Below are positions 25,201 through 40,200 of a stretch of DNA of 64,000 bases, one piece after another. Below the pieces are notes generated by a model. That model made no database searches. It worked only from the letters and a program-made list of their open reading frames with translations, and was not told the origin of the DNA. Each line of letters starts with the position of its first letter. Within the stretch, counting starts at the first letter, position 1. The DNA lies in assembly GCA_028023455.1 (NCBI GenBank), contig JAQFVV010000010.1, positions 10,416,001-10,480,000 of the forward strand, read 5' to 3'. The position numbers and the translations under genes were made by a program. Source of the stretch: Epiperipatus broadwayi. Lineage: Eukaryota > Animalia > Onychophora.

Positions 25201-28200
25201 ATAAATATTTTTTGTTAGAAAAAAGAAAGAAGAACTTAGAAAAACAGAAACTATTGTTGAAAAAACTCCTAAAGTAAGTTCTCTAAAATGTATATATATT
25301 TTAAATATAATAATATCTTAAAGAATGTTTGAAATTGTATTTTAATAATATATTTCTACTTTTGGGTATTCTTCTGTGTATGTGTGTGTATAATAACACC
25401 TCACATTGAATGGTGCTTCCTTAGTGGCAATAGGCTATAGTGATACTTGGTAGTTTAGCTATAGTGATTTTTTTGTTGCAGATTGCTACTCTGTTACAGT
25501 ATTTAATATGTTTATCTGAGGATTTCCTAAATAAGGTCAATATATTGTACATTGTATTCTATATACTTAATATTTTTTTTATTAAGTAAACTATTAATAT
25601 TTCCATCTAGATTTTATGCTAAAAAGAAAATTATAAGCATCATACATGAATTTTTTTAAATTCAGTTACATTATTTTAATATACATATATTTTTAACTTA
25701 CAATATTTATATAAACTATATATATGGAAATTGCACAAAACATATAAACTAATTTTATTTCTTTGTTTATTGTTTAAGAAAAAAAAGAGGAGAGATAACC
25801 TTTTATTTATTTGCAGAAAAGAAAGGGGAATAATAATATAATTTAACAATATTGAAAAATGGTATGTTTCTCTACATCACAGCAATAAAGATTTACATTT
25901 TTTTTTTCATAAATCATGTTACTCTAAATTGTGGATTGCCTGTTATTATTTTCATTTTGTTATAAATGTTTAATCATTTTGTATTAATAAAATAATTAGT
26001 GAAATAAGAATAATTAATACTGTGTTAATAAAATGATAATAATACTTTTAAATAACTTTTGATTTCCATTATTTGTGGCAATAAACATTCATGAATGGAA
26101 AAAGGATCTTATTAACTTAACTATGAACTTAGTTAATTTCCAGGGTCTATCTCTTTTCTGTCTTATTATGATTTGATTGTATATGTCACACTGTGTTAAT
26201 AATTATATATATATATATATTCAATGTGATTTCCATGAATTTAGAAATTGTTTTTCTTATTCCTTATTTTTGCCTGAAATAATCATATCTATCTTCTTTT
26301 TAATTGTATAATTTTATTTTTGCGTTCAGTTTTTTTACCTGTATAATTCTCTTCAAAACATTTTTTTTTTGACTTCTGAGAAAAAGTATAATGTATTTTT
26401 TTAGTATTTTTTCTTTCATATTCTTCTTTATTTTGAATTTCTCCACTTATTTTTGCATCCCTTTTCATATCTACATTTGTTTTTTTTTTTAAATTTATAA
26501 CTCATTCAAAAGTAAATGTTTAATTTGTCTCATTCACACTTTAATTTTTTTAATCTCAAAATAAACTTATTACTTTATTCAAAGCATGTTTTGCTATTGC
26601 AATTCTTCATTTAGTTTTCATTTTGATCTATGAGTTTTGTATTATTTTATTTAAAGTACTTTTAATTAAATCTATATAATAAAGCATACAGGATACCAAA
26701 TGAACTACTATACTTTAGGGTTCTAGGATATCCCTGAATCATAAACTATAATTGGTAACAAAATGAAGATTTTATTCACATTAAGTGGCCACTTTTAACT
26801 TTTATGTAGTATCCAAGCTAAGAAATCTGATATTTAAAAAATTTTAAGGTTTTGAACACAGATTATACAGATAGTTATACGGGCTTCATATTTCACAAAC
26901 CATTATATCCCAATGATAATAAACAAAACTAAAGCATCTTATTTAACAATTGAAGTAACTCTGCTGGTATCTATATAGTAGCAGAAGGTAAATAATCTGA
27001 CAATTGTTGTGAAAACTTAAATGGTAATAAAATTGATATAAAAAACAATAAACCTATTAGACTTGGTGATGATTTTAAAAAGAAAGTAAGTCATTCACTA
27101 GTTAGTATTTTGGTGACTATTTTCAGTTATGCTGTGGCCAATATCAGATTTAATATGGAAAAACCGGACTTTCCATTTCATCATCATGCATAATTTCTGT
27201 TTGAAGTAGTAATTTGGAATGTTATAACATAATGATTGGAAAAGTAGAAAACTTCAAAAGAGAAATGGAGAAAAATATATAAATTCTGGGAATATTTGGG
27301 GAAAAAAATGAAACAGTGGAGATAATTTTCATAGTAGAAATATACTCAGCAGCCTAAAATAGACAAGGGAAATCAGACTGATGATAGATCTCATCCTATT
27401 GGAAGCACTTGGAACAAGCCGAATAGATTTGGACTCAATTTGAGAGACAGTCATAGTTAAACATGTTTGACTTTTATAGATAAGAAAGACTTGTTATAAC
27501 ATAAACCTAATTTGAAATTCTACCAAGGACCCTAATGTATACCTGTAATAACTGGTGACTTGAATAGAAGTCAAATTGAATTCATAATGATATGACAAAG
27601 GTACACTAAAATTACTGATCTTACATTGAATGTGGATTCAGACTTAATATGTTCAAGATAAATACAAGACTAAGACTTAAGAGAACAGCAAAGTAAATGA
27701 AATAAATAAAATTTAATCTAGAAAAGCTTAAATTACACATGTCTAACTAAATTTTAGAAATATAAAAAATATTCCATAGGATTAAATGAATCACTAAAAG
27801 ATATAATTTCAGAATATAAGACAACAAAGCGAATTGTTTTTAGTGCTTTACTTTAGGGGAGAAACAAGAAAACTTTGGATAGCATAAGTCATTCTGAGAA
27901 AAATAGATGAATAGTAATAATAAGAAGTGAAGAATTCTATTATTGAAGAAGGAAGAGTAAAATCCAAGCAACATCACAATGAATCTGATAATTGTAAATT
28001 GGCTGGAAAAAAATGTATAAGTGTTTAGACTTTTAAGTATTATTTTGAAATCTAGTTGAAATTATGATCGCTGTGTTTTAACTTTTTTTTCGGAAGCTTA
28101 TTTTATATTGAAATTAATTTTCCATTTTAGTTTTTTTTTTTTTTTGTAGTATTTTTTGATTATAATTTTAATTTATTTAATTGTAGTTAGAACCCTCAAG

Positions 28201-31200
28201 TTCTGAGGAGGAAGAACCTAGTTCATACAATCAGCTTTTGACTTTGTTGTCTCAAAAGAAAAAATCCAAAGGTTAGATAATAATGTTTATTATATTAGGT
28301 AAAAAGATGTTAGTTGCTTATATTATTTTACATGTATTCCTTATGAATAAAATGTACAATGAAAATTATTGAAAAACTTAAAATTTGCGATTTTTAACTT
28401 TTCCAATAAGTTTTTTAAATGGATAAAGTGATTAAGTATCTTCGTTATCTAATTAGATTATTTTTAACAAGAACTTTTTACTAACTAATATTTATCCAAC
28501 ACTAAGTTTGGAAAATTTGTGTAAGAAAATAAAAAAAGTTATGTCATTTATATTTTCAGGAAAGCATATATGATGGCTTCTATGTTATGAGACTGACAGT
28601 TTTATCAAGTGACTTGTTTTTTGTACATCTAAAACTGATCATTAAATGATTTTTAATACCACAGTATTCATGAGAATGAGTATATTATAAGAATGATAGT
28701 TATGAAAGTGTTATATTTAATGTTTTAACCAGATTTTTCTGATACTTATTCATCCTATTTTCTCCACAATAAGAAAAATGATCACATATAGCAAAAAAAG
28801 ATAGAAAAACTGTTATCTGTGGAATTATTACATTTATAACCATTAAAAATATTGTCACATATTCTTTCAGTAGGATAAAAAATATTTGCTATATTAATTA
28901 TTTTTCTCTTTTGTAATAGTGATCTATAAGAATTTGAGTTAGAATTTATTTAAAATGATTCTAAAGCACAAAGATAAGAGTAGTAATACTTTGTTTTAAG
29001 TTCCTACTAATATCTGAATCTATCCAACCATCTCTTATTTGCAATAAATCACTTAATAGATCTTTTCTTTAAATCTTCATGTAAACTTTCTGATCCAATA
29101 TGTTAGTGACTATTGAAACATTCTTTTTGTTCATGTCCTCTGGCAGTTTTCATTAAATGCTTACTATGTAATGGGGATTTAATTTTAGAAATCCTCAATA
29201 GCACAGAAAAATTTTCTTTTTAAATACAGACAGTTATTTCTGATCATTTTTTATTCAAAATTTATAGTATTTTATAACAATTTCGAGCAACTTATCACAT
29301 CAGATTCATCTAACCTGAAACCAATTCCTATTAGAATTGCTGAAAACATCGTTATACTTATCAAAATACTGAATACTTATTTTTTTCAAGACATTTATTT
29401 ATATTACTTTCTCAATTTTTTGCTGTTATCTAGATAATAGAAGAATGAAAATGAATAAATATTATTAACTTTATATTAATTACACACTAATTATGACTTT
29501 CATTTTCAATGTAAGCAATGAATAAAATCATTACAGACATTTAGTGGCCTTTCAGTGGTTCATATAATTGTTTTATGGCTAATTGAAATTTTTCTTAAGG
29601 AGTATACTAGATTTTCATTGACTCATCCTGCTATTCAAAATTAATAATTTGAAAATTGAAACTTTTTTTTTTTTAACATTTTGTAGTTGTATGTCTATGC
29701 CAGCTAGATTGTTTGGTTATTATACATTTGACCTTAAGCTGGTAACGAGGTATTTCTATAACCTCAATTAAAAGTTAACTCCACTCACCTTTGACCATTT
29801 GGCAAAAGAATGTTAAAAATAATAGGTATTACTGTCTTCCTTTTTAACTGTAATTATTTACAGTAGTCGCATCTTTTTTCTCATTCAAAACTAGTTAAGT
29901 TTTTGGAATTGGAAGAAAGATGATTTAGTATAATTTTTTTTAAATTTCAACTTATGAGTTTTGTTCGATATATTTTTTTAGTAGCAGCTCTTTTATTGAG
30001 TATTATTAAGGTAAATTATCTTTAACTTTTTTGATTTTTTTTTTTTTAAAATTGGGTAAATATCTTTTGTTGACTGAAATTGAAACTACTAATAGGATAT
30101 ACCTCTTTTTTCATGGAATAAGTATGGATGGATTTTGAAATGGCAACATAATCATTTCTTTTTAGGTAACTTCTTTCCAACATATTAACAGTATTTTTAA
30201 CTAAATTTTTGTACATTTCTTTAAATGCATTTTTTGAAAAGGTAAGTGTTTATATTAAGAGACACAATAGACAAATATAGAAAATTAAAGCTATTTGATC
30301 ATCCAAAATTTTATATATATGCTTAGTTTAAAATTGAATAGGTGCTTATGATTACATCATCTGTGTTCAGTTCCAATAAATAATTTATATTATGTCCTTT
30401 CAAGCATTTTTATTTTTTATGAAGTTTAAAACACTTAGACCATTTTTTCTCTGAAAATAACTCATCTTTTTTATCACCTGCTCTTATGAAAATATTATAA
30501 ATGAACATAACATTATTTCTTAGCTTATTGACAATTGGACAATTGGTGACTGAAAAATATTGCTATGTATGATTCTTTTATATATTAATTATAAAAAAAA
30601 TTTTTAAGATAGCTTGGAAGAAGAATTCTGTATACTATTGACAGCATCCAACTAATTCACATCATTGCATTTTAAAGCCACCATTTAAACAATTTTCATT
30701 TTATGTCTGATGATATTATAATATTGTATTTATCCATTATCTAATATAAAGTATTGAATGTCTTTAGAAAAATTTAACTTTATTTAAATTTTCAAATTAC
30801 ATTCAACTGTTAGTAATAGTACACAGGTTAGTATATGCACAATGTTTTGAGAAGTATTATTCTCCTCTCTTTTTCAGGTGTTGCTGGTTTGACCAGTGAC
30901 AGTACTAGCATGGGAGTCGAATATGGACCCTTAGATTTTTGAATATTGAATTTTAAGATAACGCTTTAACCGAATCATCCTGCCAAAGGTAACAATCATG
31001 CTTATCTATAAGGTTCCCTACTAATTTCTCCACTTTTTGCTAAGAACAAAGTTGATTAATAGTTTTTATACATTATGTATAGTCACATTAGGTTGACTTA
31101 TAGGATTGTTCATCATTGTCATGTGAACAACTTCTTTGAATTTTCTTCTTTGTGCCTTTTCCTCCCTATCACTTATTTTTGTATTTTCACAATTGAACAC

Positions 31201-34200
31201 ATGTTCATTGGTACATACATAGTCTGTTATCTTAGACACATCTGTTTTCTCTTTTATTATCGGTTTGTGCTCTTGCAATCGTTTTTCAATGGGGCAACTA
31301 ATCGCACCAATATACATTCTTCCACATTCACATGGTATTTCATAGAGTTTTTTGCTTTTAAGTATTTCAAGTTTAGGCTTTGTAGATGTTAGAATTCCTC
31401 GTAGTGGGTATGGATCTGGAAAGCTGTTCTGATGTTATACTGATTACAGATTTTTTTAAATTTGTCTGCTGTTTTGGTATGTATGGATACACTATCATAC
31501 CAATAATTATTTTTTATTGATGGTACTTTTTGTTGTCTATTTAAGGTTTTCTTACTAATAGCTGACGGATAACCATTTTTCATAAGATTTTGTTCTATAT
31601 AAATCTTTTCTTTCTTCAAATCACTGATTTCTGAATAAACTTCTTTTGCTCTGTTCCATAGTGATAGTATAACTCTATGTTTTATGTTTCTGATATGATT
31701 AGATCTATATGTTAAGTATTTTTCTGTATGTGTGGGTTAATTTTTCCATTAGGGAATTTTGTCACAAGAACATCTAAGAATGCCAATTTTTATTCTTGCT
31801 CTGATTCAGTTGTGAATTTAATTGAAGGGGATATATTGCTAATATATTTCCACAAAGTTTGTAGTAGTGCTGCACCACGTGGCCATACAACAAATATGTC
31901 ATCAACATAGCGAAACCAAACTTTAGATGGATATGGGGTAATCTTTATGGCTGTGGTTTTAAGTTCTTCCATGAAAATATTGCTAATCAGGAGTGACAAT
32001 GGTGAGCCCATAGCCATTCTTTGATTTTGTTGGAAGAATTCTGTTGTTATATTGAAAGTAGGCTGTTGTTATGCAGAATGTTAATAGTTCCATTATACTA
32101 TCAATAGGAAAAATTGTTCTGGTTTGTAAACTATTATCAACTTTTACTCTTTTTCTTGCAATAAACAAGACTTATTTATATGGTATATTTGTGAATAAAC
32201 TTTCCACATCGAAGCTTACTAATTCCTTCAGTTTTCATGTTCTTGATTAATTCTACAAAGTGTCCAGAATCCATGATAAAGAACTGGGTCTTATATGCCA
32301 AAAGACGAAGAACTTTGAGAAAAAATCCTGACAAATTTTGGCAAGGTGAATTTCTAGAATTAGCAATAGGTCTTAATGGAACATGATTTTTTAGATAGAC
32401 CATAAAGATGAGGAATTTTGCTGAATATGATGTTAGTGTACTTTTTTCTGAATCACTGAAATACCAATGATGCTTTCAGAGTAATATTTGTAACTTTGTT
32501 TCTGTACTTGGTATCCGATTTTTTGCCACTTTTCTGCATTGGCCTGCTGTGAGGAATTCTTGTATTTTGTCGTCATAATCAGTTGTATCCATTACAATTG
32601 TTGCATTGTCTTTGTCAGCAAGAAGACTGATTATAGATTTATTTACTTGGAGAGATTTAATTTCTTTCCCCTCATTATAGGATATGTATGACTTCAATTT
32701 TTGTTGCTTCTCAAGTGTTTCTTTTATTCTCCACAGTAACTCTGCTTCTTCTTCTAAAGAGATTTTTGAGTGATTTCCTCAGTAGCTGCCATTATATCTA
32801 ATATAATGATATTAGATGGTGTTATAGCAATGTTTAATCCTTTTTCAAGAACAGAAATTTCAGTATCTGTTAGATATTTAGAACTGAGATTTTTAACAGT
32901 TCAGTCCTTGATATAATATGACTTTTGATATGCCCATGTAGATGTGCAATTATTTTTTTTTAGCATTAATTATTTTTCCATATAATATAGAATATGATTT
33001 TCTTATTGCTTGAGAAACTCTTGCAAAATCTTCATCAGTAAGTTTATTTTTTAGAAAACGTTCTACATTATTAATGGAATGCAAGGTTTGATACTTGGAA
33101 AACCTTCAAGCATTTATTCTTTCAAAGTACATTCAACTGTTAGTAATAACACACAGGTTAGTATATGCGCAACATGTCGAGAGGTATTATTCCCTTTTCT
33201 TTTTCAGGTGTTGCTGGTCTGACCAGTGCGTGGAAATCGAACCTGGACCCTTAGATCCTTGGATATTGAAATTTTAATGTAACGCTTTAACCAACAGTCA
33301 TCCTGCCAAAGGCAACAGTCAGTAGAAATTTCGTATACTTATTTATGAGGTTCATCCTTATTTCTCCACTTTTTTCTAAGAGCAAAGTTGATTAGTGGTT
33401 TCCATACATTACGTATAGTCACACTAGGTTAATTTATGGAGTTATTCACCATTGTCATGTGTGTTACTTTAATATTTAATTCATTAATGGAGTCTTCTTT
33501 CTTGATTTTTTCTCTAGTTAAAAATAGCTAAATATCCATTTTATAGTGTATCATGGATAATAGTTGGATTGGCTATGGGTTATCTTCATGAAATAAAATT
33601 CTAAATCTCTTTAGAAACTGAAAAAATTACCATGTTTAGCGAATTCAGGTTTGAACTCCAAATCATTGTAGATTGGATGCACTAACATCTTAAACTATAT
33701 GATTCTTTTATTAATGCAATTTTATTTTAGATTGGAATTCTATGTTCCTGTGAAATGCAAATTTAGTTTTCATAGTAGAGTTATGATCTTTCTATCTGTT
33801 TATATCAAATAAATATACTCATTCCAGAGATCTGAATTTCTTCTTACTATAAGCAAGGATATCTTAAGAGGTAATTCTTAATTTTGCTTCTTTTTAATTT
33901 AATGAGGTAAATCTAAAACACATATGCAACCAGGTTTATGATAATGAAAAAGACAAAATAATTATCTGGTTTATGTCTGAAGTGATTAATTTTGCACAAT
34001 TATCTTTCAGAAATTTTTGGACTGATCCAACTGGATCAGAATTTTGAAAGTCATCTACCATTTTATTTATATAAATTAAAATACATAAACGTTTCCTGAA
34101 TTTAAAAAAATATTTTAGATGACATTAATTATAATTCTTTTAGATCATTAAGAAGATTAAAAAAATAATTTATATTTTTTTATAATATTTATTTTGGAGA

Positions 34201-37200
34201 GAAATTAATCTAATGATATAAAGCAGATTAAAAAATTATTATTATTATTATTTAATATCTTTATATAGGTGCTGTTAAAGCTGCTGGCTATAGCAAATAT
34301 TTCTTACAAACTCGATTTCTTGCACCATTCAATATCTTGTATATTTATAAATATTTCAGAAATATCAATGATTCAGAGAAGTGTAATCTATGGATAGAAA
34401 AGAAAATTTTAAGAAGTTAGTATTGTAGAACTCTGATTGGAAAAGAATGAGGGAAATAATGAAGTAATCTGTTTAATGTCTTAAAGATTTTAAACTCATC
34501 AGCTATTTGAAGAAGAAAAAAAGTATTTAAACAGTTCTGCAGATGAATATTAGATTAATTTTTAATTTAATGTATAAATCCTAGCTATAAATTGACTTTC
34601 TATTTATTTGTAGAATGGATTGGTTATCTCTTGAAAAAGAAAACATTTTTTATATCCATATATTTTCTCTTCGTTTAGAAAATGATCTATTATTAATTAT
34701 GTAATTTTAAGTCTCTAAACTATTTTTGTTTAATGTGCAATACTTTTAATCAAAATTTTTATGTTAATACTTGTTGTAAAGTAAAATTTTAAATATATAT
34801 ATAACTATTTTCAGATAAACCAGATTTATTATATGAAGATTCTTCAAGTGATGACACTGAAGATCATGAAGATGGTGATTCTCAGATCGAAATTGATAAT
34901 AGTGATGAAGATGATGATAATGAAGAGGATGATGAAGTTGAAATAGATGAAGATGATGATAATGAAGAGAATGATGAAGTTGAAATAGATGAAGAAAAAG
35001 ATGAGATTGATAATGACGATGAAATTAAAGAAAATGATGAGATTGAAGGTGAAGAAGATAATATATTGGAATATTTTGATGATGAGGCTGAAGAAGATGA
35101 TGAAGATAATGAAAGTGATGAAATAGATGAAAGTGATAGATCGGAAAATGATGATAGTAGTAAAGATAATACTGATAGTGAATTAGACAATGAAGTTGCT
35201 GAAAGTGAATTAGAAAATGAAGAAATTAAAAGTGAGTTGGGGAGTGAAGATAGTGAGGATGTTAATGAATCTGAAGATGGAGATGAATTAGAAGATGTTC
35301 AAGATGATTTTGAGACCGAAGAGAAAGATGATGGTAGTCAGAATGATAATAGTGAAACTAAAAGTGAAACTAAAAGTGAACTTGAAGATGATGAATCAGA
35401 AAATAGTCTGGAAAATGAAACTGATGCTTCTGATGTAATGGATGATGATCAGAATGATGATAGTGAAGCTGAAAATGAATTTGAAGATGATGAAGCAGAA
35501 AATAGTTTGGAAAATGAAACTGATGACTCTGAAGAGGCTATTTCAGATGATGAAACAAACATGCAACTGAAAGATAAGACAGTGGATAAAAAAAAGAAAA
35601 TAATAAATATTTTAAATATGGAAGAAGCTTCAGCTCCAGAAGAACTTCAGAAGCAAGGTATGTAAAAATGTATTTTGGTTGAATATACTGTTTCTTTAAT
35701 GATTATTAGCACATTGACTGCCAAGTAGTATTTTAGTAAACTCTCTGCATAGTATTCAGGAGTACAAATTATCCTAGTTGGTGATTTTTATATAAATTAG
35801 TTGTCATCAAAAATGATAATTCAGTATTTTTTTTTTTTTAAATGTAATATCGTTTTTGAAAAAAGTGATTTATATGTAGCAGTAAAATTTAAAACTTTAA
35901 AAAAAAAATTTTAAAAAATATTATATTGTAGTAAAGATTGTTTTTGAAATTGCCACACAAAGCAAATAGAAAATAATATCCATATGTGTTGAATTGTTTT
36001 TTTACAATTTAGATTCCTATATTATTATGTATTCAGAGTCATTAGAATTAGAATTATTGCACAAATGGGTGCTTAGAATTTTAGAATGTTAAGTACACAA
36101 GAAAAATTGGATAATCTGATATACAAATGAAATGGATAAGGTTGTAGAATTCTAAAACTAAATTGAATGGTATAAGAAAAGAATTTGAAATTTTTGTGTT
36201 AACAATAGACCTATTGTGATAGATGTTGTCTAGGATCAAAGCTAAAAAAAGTATTGATTCAAAATTTTTGATGACAATTAAATCAGACTGAATACTATTC
36301 TATAAGATATAAAAAAAATTGTATTGATTCAAAATTTTTGATGACAATTAACTCAGACTGAATACTATACTATAAGATATTGTAATTGTACTGTATATCA
36401 ATTAGCAGACATGATAATATTGATGAAATAGAGATCATATGATGAAATTGAAAAAGAAAAGGAAATATAATGATAAAGAGGATATAACTATGGTATCACA
36501 AGGAAAACAAAGCAAAGCATAGAGCATTATATGATAGATCTGAATACTATAGCAATAATGAATATGCTATTTAAAAATAATAAGAGAAATGGAAACTTAG
36601 AAAAGTTTCAGCATTTCACTTAAACTTTGTATTGATCCACAATTTAATAGTTGTAGAATTTAGATTAAACTTTAAAGAAAGTGAGATGAGAAAGAAAATA
36701 GATCAGTGATAAGTTGACAAAATTTTAAAGAGAAGTAATAAATCATAAAGATAGGTACTATAAAGTTGTAAATTTTAGAAAATGGTGAGAAATATTCATG
36801 GTAAATTTAAGGAAATGTAGTTTGTACTGATTATTCAAAAAGCATTTTATTCTATAAATATTTCCATAGAGTTTAAAACTTTAGATTACCATGATATAGA
36901 ATCATGATATTGTCCTATTCTGAAGTATATCATAATGCAATAGCGGAAATTATATATATAGTAACACTAAAAAGATTGATAATGATAGCGATGTAAAACA
37001 GGTTTATTTCATATTTCCAATTAAACAATAAATTGGAATGTAACTATAAAGTAAAACAAAATGAAAAGCCACAAATTCTCATCAGTCAGCATTTGACTAA
37101 CCTGGTGAGGATTGTTTTCTTCTTTGCTGTTTCTTGGAAGAAAATTGTTGGATAGACTTTTGTCTTGTAGTAGGCTATTTGAAACTACAATTAACATTTT

Positions 37201-40200
37201 ACGAACATTAAGTTATTAGCTGAAAAGAGATTAAGGAAAGCTGACAAATGGGAAACTGCATTGATCTCAATTTTCAATCCTAAATCATTGGTAGACAAAA
37301 ATCAGAAAATGATCTAGCGATGAGAATTAAATTGCACGACCATCTGATTACTGCTGATTTCTCAAACTTAAAATAGATTTGTTTATCATATGTTAAAAGA
37401 ATTGAGCAATATATCATTAATTAACATAATCAAATTAGCAAAGAAATGTGACAGTAAAGTTTATTTTAGGAAAATAAAAAGAGATCAAAGAACTGAAGCT
37501 AAAAACTGGAAATAAAAAAATTGAAATGTAAATATTAAAGTTACTAAAAGTATGTATAGAAAGCTTAATATTATTGCTTTAAGAAAAAGATTGCAAAAAA
37601 TAAATAAATGATATGGTTAAGATATGATTGGATAAAACAATTTATTTAGGAAAAACAAGTGGCACTATTATATGGAGAGTTTTGCCTGTTTTAATAACAG
37701 TTATGGTGATCATGTGATGTTTAGTGATTTAATACCAATCCTGCCTAATAGGATAGTGGTGACTATGGTTATTAAAGAACCAAAGATACCAAAATGTATG
37801 GGTACTGAACTGAGTTCAAATCTATATGACTACATAAACTAATGAGCTTGGATTGAAAATATTGTGTTTTCAATTTTAGACTCATAGTTTTGTAGTTAAG
37901 TTGAGATAAAAGATGGCTGATGGAGGGTTGCATTAGATCCTAAGATCTAAGTGCAGTGCTCTCAGATCCAAAGCTCCTCACTGCCGAAAGCCATAGGCTA
38001 GAAACTAGTCTGGGGATATTGGATGAGTAGGCACTAGATAGGGATTTTATGCACAAGCCTTTTGGCATCCATTGATTATTCTGGCTTGCACTGAGGGGCA
38101 CTACTATATGGAGAGTTTTGCCTGTTTTAATAACAATCTTATGAGCAAGCCATAAGAAATGGTGATCATGTGATGTTTAGTGATTTAACACCAATCCTGC
38201 CTAATAGGATAGTGGTGGCTGTGGTTATTAAAGAACCAAAGACACCAAAATGTATGGGTACTGAACTGAGTTCAGACCTATATGACTATATAAGCTAATG
38301 AGCTTGGATTGAAAATATTATTGTGTCTTTAAATTTTAGACTCATAGTTTTGTAGTTAAGTAAAGAGGTGGCTGTGGGAGGGTTGCATTAGGATATTGGA
38401 TGAGTAGGCACTAGATAGGGATTTTATGCACAAGCCTTTTGGCATCCATTGATTACTCTGGCTTGCACTGAGTGGCAGAGTTTTGCCTGTTTTAAAAACA
38501 AGTTATCAGGAATAAAACAAGCTAAGTCTGGGAAATTGTTTATTAAAAAAATATGTGTATCCAAACTATAGTATGTAATCTTGAATTCATTATATGATAT
38601 AGAAGAATTATAATTTTTTCCTCCATACACTTAGGTATAATTTTTTCCTCCTCATATAAGCAAAAAAAAAAAAATTAAGTTCACATAATGTTAACTCAAT
38701 ATAATTAAAGACCAAATAAAATTTGAATGATTACCAGAGACTCAAGAAGCACTATGGACATGGTTTTTGTTGCCGGGCAATTGCAAGGAAAGTATCGGGG
38801 AAAAAATATTTATATATTGCTTTTATTGATTTGATCAAAACATTTGTTAGTTGAACAGATTTAAGGTATTGATTGAAATTAATTGGTTGATCAAAATTTA
38901 TTTTTATTATAGAGTTTCTACATAATACAATAAGTCTGAGAAATTTGATTAACCAGGGATGTGTACTTATTCCAACATTGTTTTCAAATTTTATGGCAAT
39001 TATCTTTGGAACACTATACAGATGGCATAATAGAAACAGATCAAGATACCATACTGGTTTGATGATAGAATTTTTAATTTGGTTCAATTAAAAGAATAAA
39101 TCAGAACTTGTTGAATTCTGGATTTACAATATGTTGATGATTGTGCTATTTTTGCCTTTTCCAAAGACAATTTATAGAATATACTTAATATTTTGAATGC
39201 AACATTTAGGGACTTGTTTAATAATTAATGTTCAAAAAACTCAATTAATTTATTAACCATTGAGGAAGAAAACCCCTCAGTAACATTCAGCTCGGATTGT
39301 TATCAACTTAAGAATGTAAAACTGTTTAAATACCTTGGTAGTTTTTTAAGCAGAAAGGTGGAATTAGATATTGAAATATAATATAAACTTCAAAGTGCTG
39401 CCACTGCTTTTAACAAGTTAAAAGATAGAATATTTCATCACAGTGAAAATTCTACTGCAATATATTAGCTGTATATAGAATTATTATTTTATCTAATTTA
39501 TTGTATGGAAGTGAAATTTGAATACTATCAGTGCAATATAAGATTATTAGAAAAGTTTAATTTAAGGATGCTCTGTGAAATTTTAAAAATACAGTGGCAA
39601 GATTAATATGTTTTCAACTTGGTGGATGTCATGTTATAGAATCCACTATTGTAAAATAACATTTTCACTAGATAGAACATGTAAAACAAATGAACAATGC
39701 AAAACTTTCTAAAATGATGTTTTATGGTGAACTTGAACAAGGTTTTCAAAGAAGAGAATGAGCCTATCTACATTATAAGGATTATCTTATAACGATGTTA
39801 ATGAAGTGCAATGCCAGTTGTTTTCATTCTGGAAGATATGGCCGAAAATAGAATACATTGAAGAGGTATAATTAACCATATTATTGAAGTATTTTAGAAA
39901 GAAAAGCTTCCCACTGAAAAAATTTAAAAAACTGTACTGTAAAATATCAAGTAAACAGAAAAATGGATCAATATGTTCTATATGTAGATGTATCTTTGAT
40001 TCATAGATTAATTTGTATAATCATCACAAAACTCATTTCTAGATTAGTTCTTTTCTTTTTGATGTTAGACCGGCCATACTTATTTACGAGTGGCTGCTAT
40101 ATGTAATAAATAATATTTAAATACAAGTATATTGTCTATACTGAACTTAAATGTAATTAGAAGGGATTTGAACTCAGTTTTTCAAGCTCCCTACATCTAT

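Noticed and set aside
34882-35190. Ser-rich minus-strand ORF
   Set aside because: Antisense shadow of the acidic UTP25 exon 4.
37305-37365. C/D-box snoRNA-like motifs (GATGA ... CTGA ... CTGA) in intron 4
   Set aside because: No canonical C box with terminal stem and no identifiable rRNA guide; a snoRNA covariance search would be needed.
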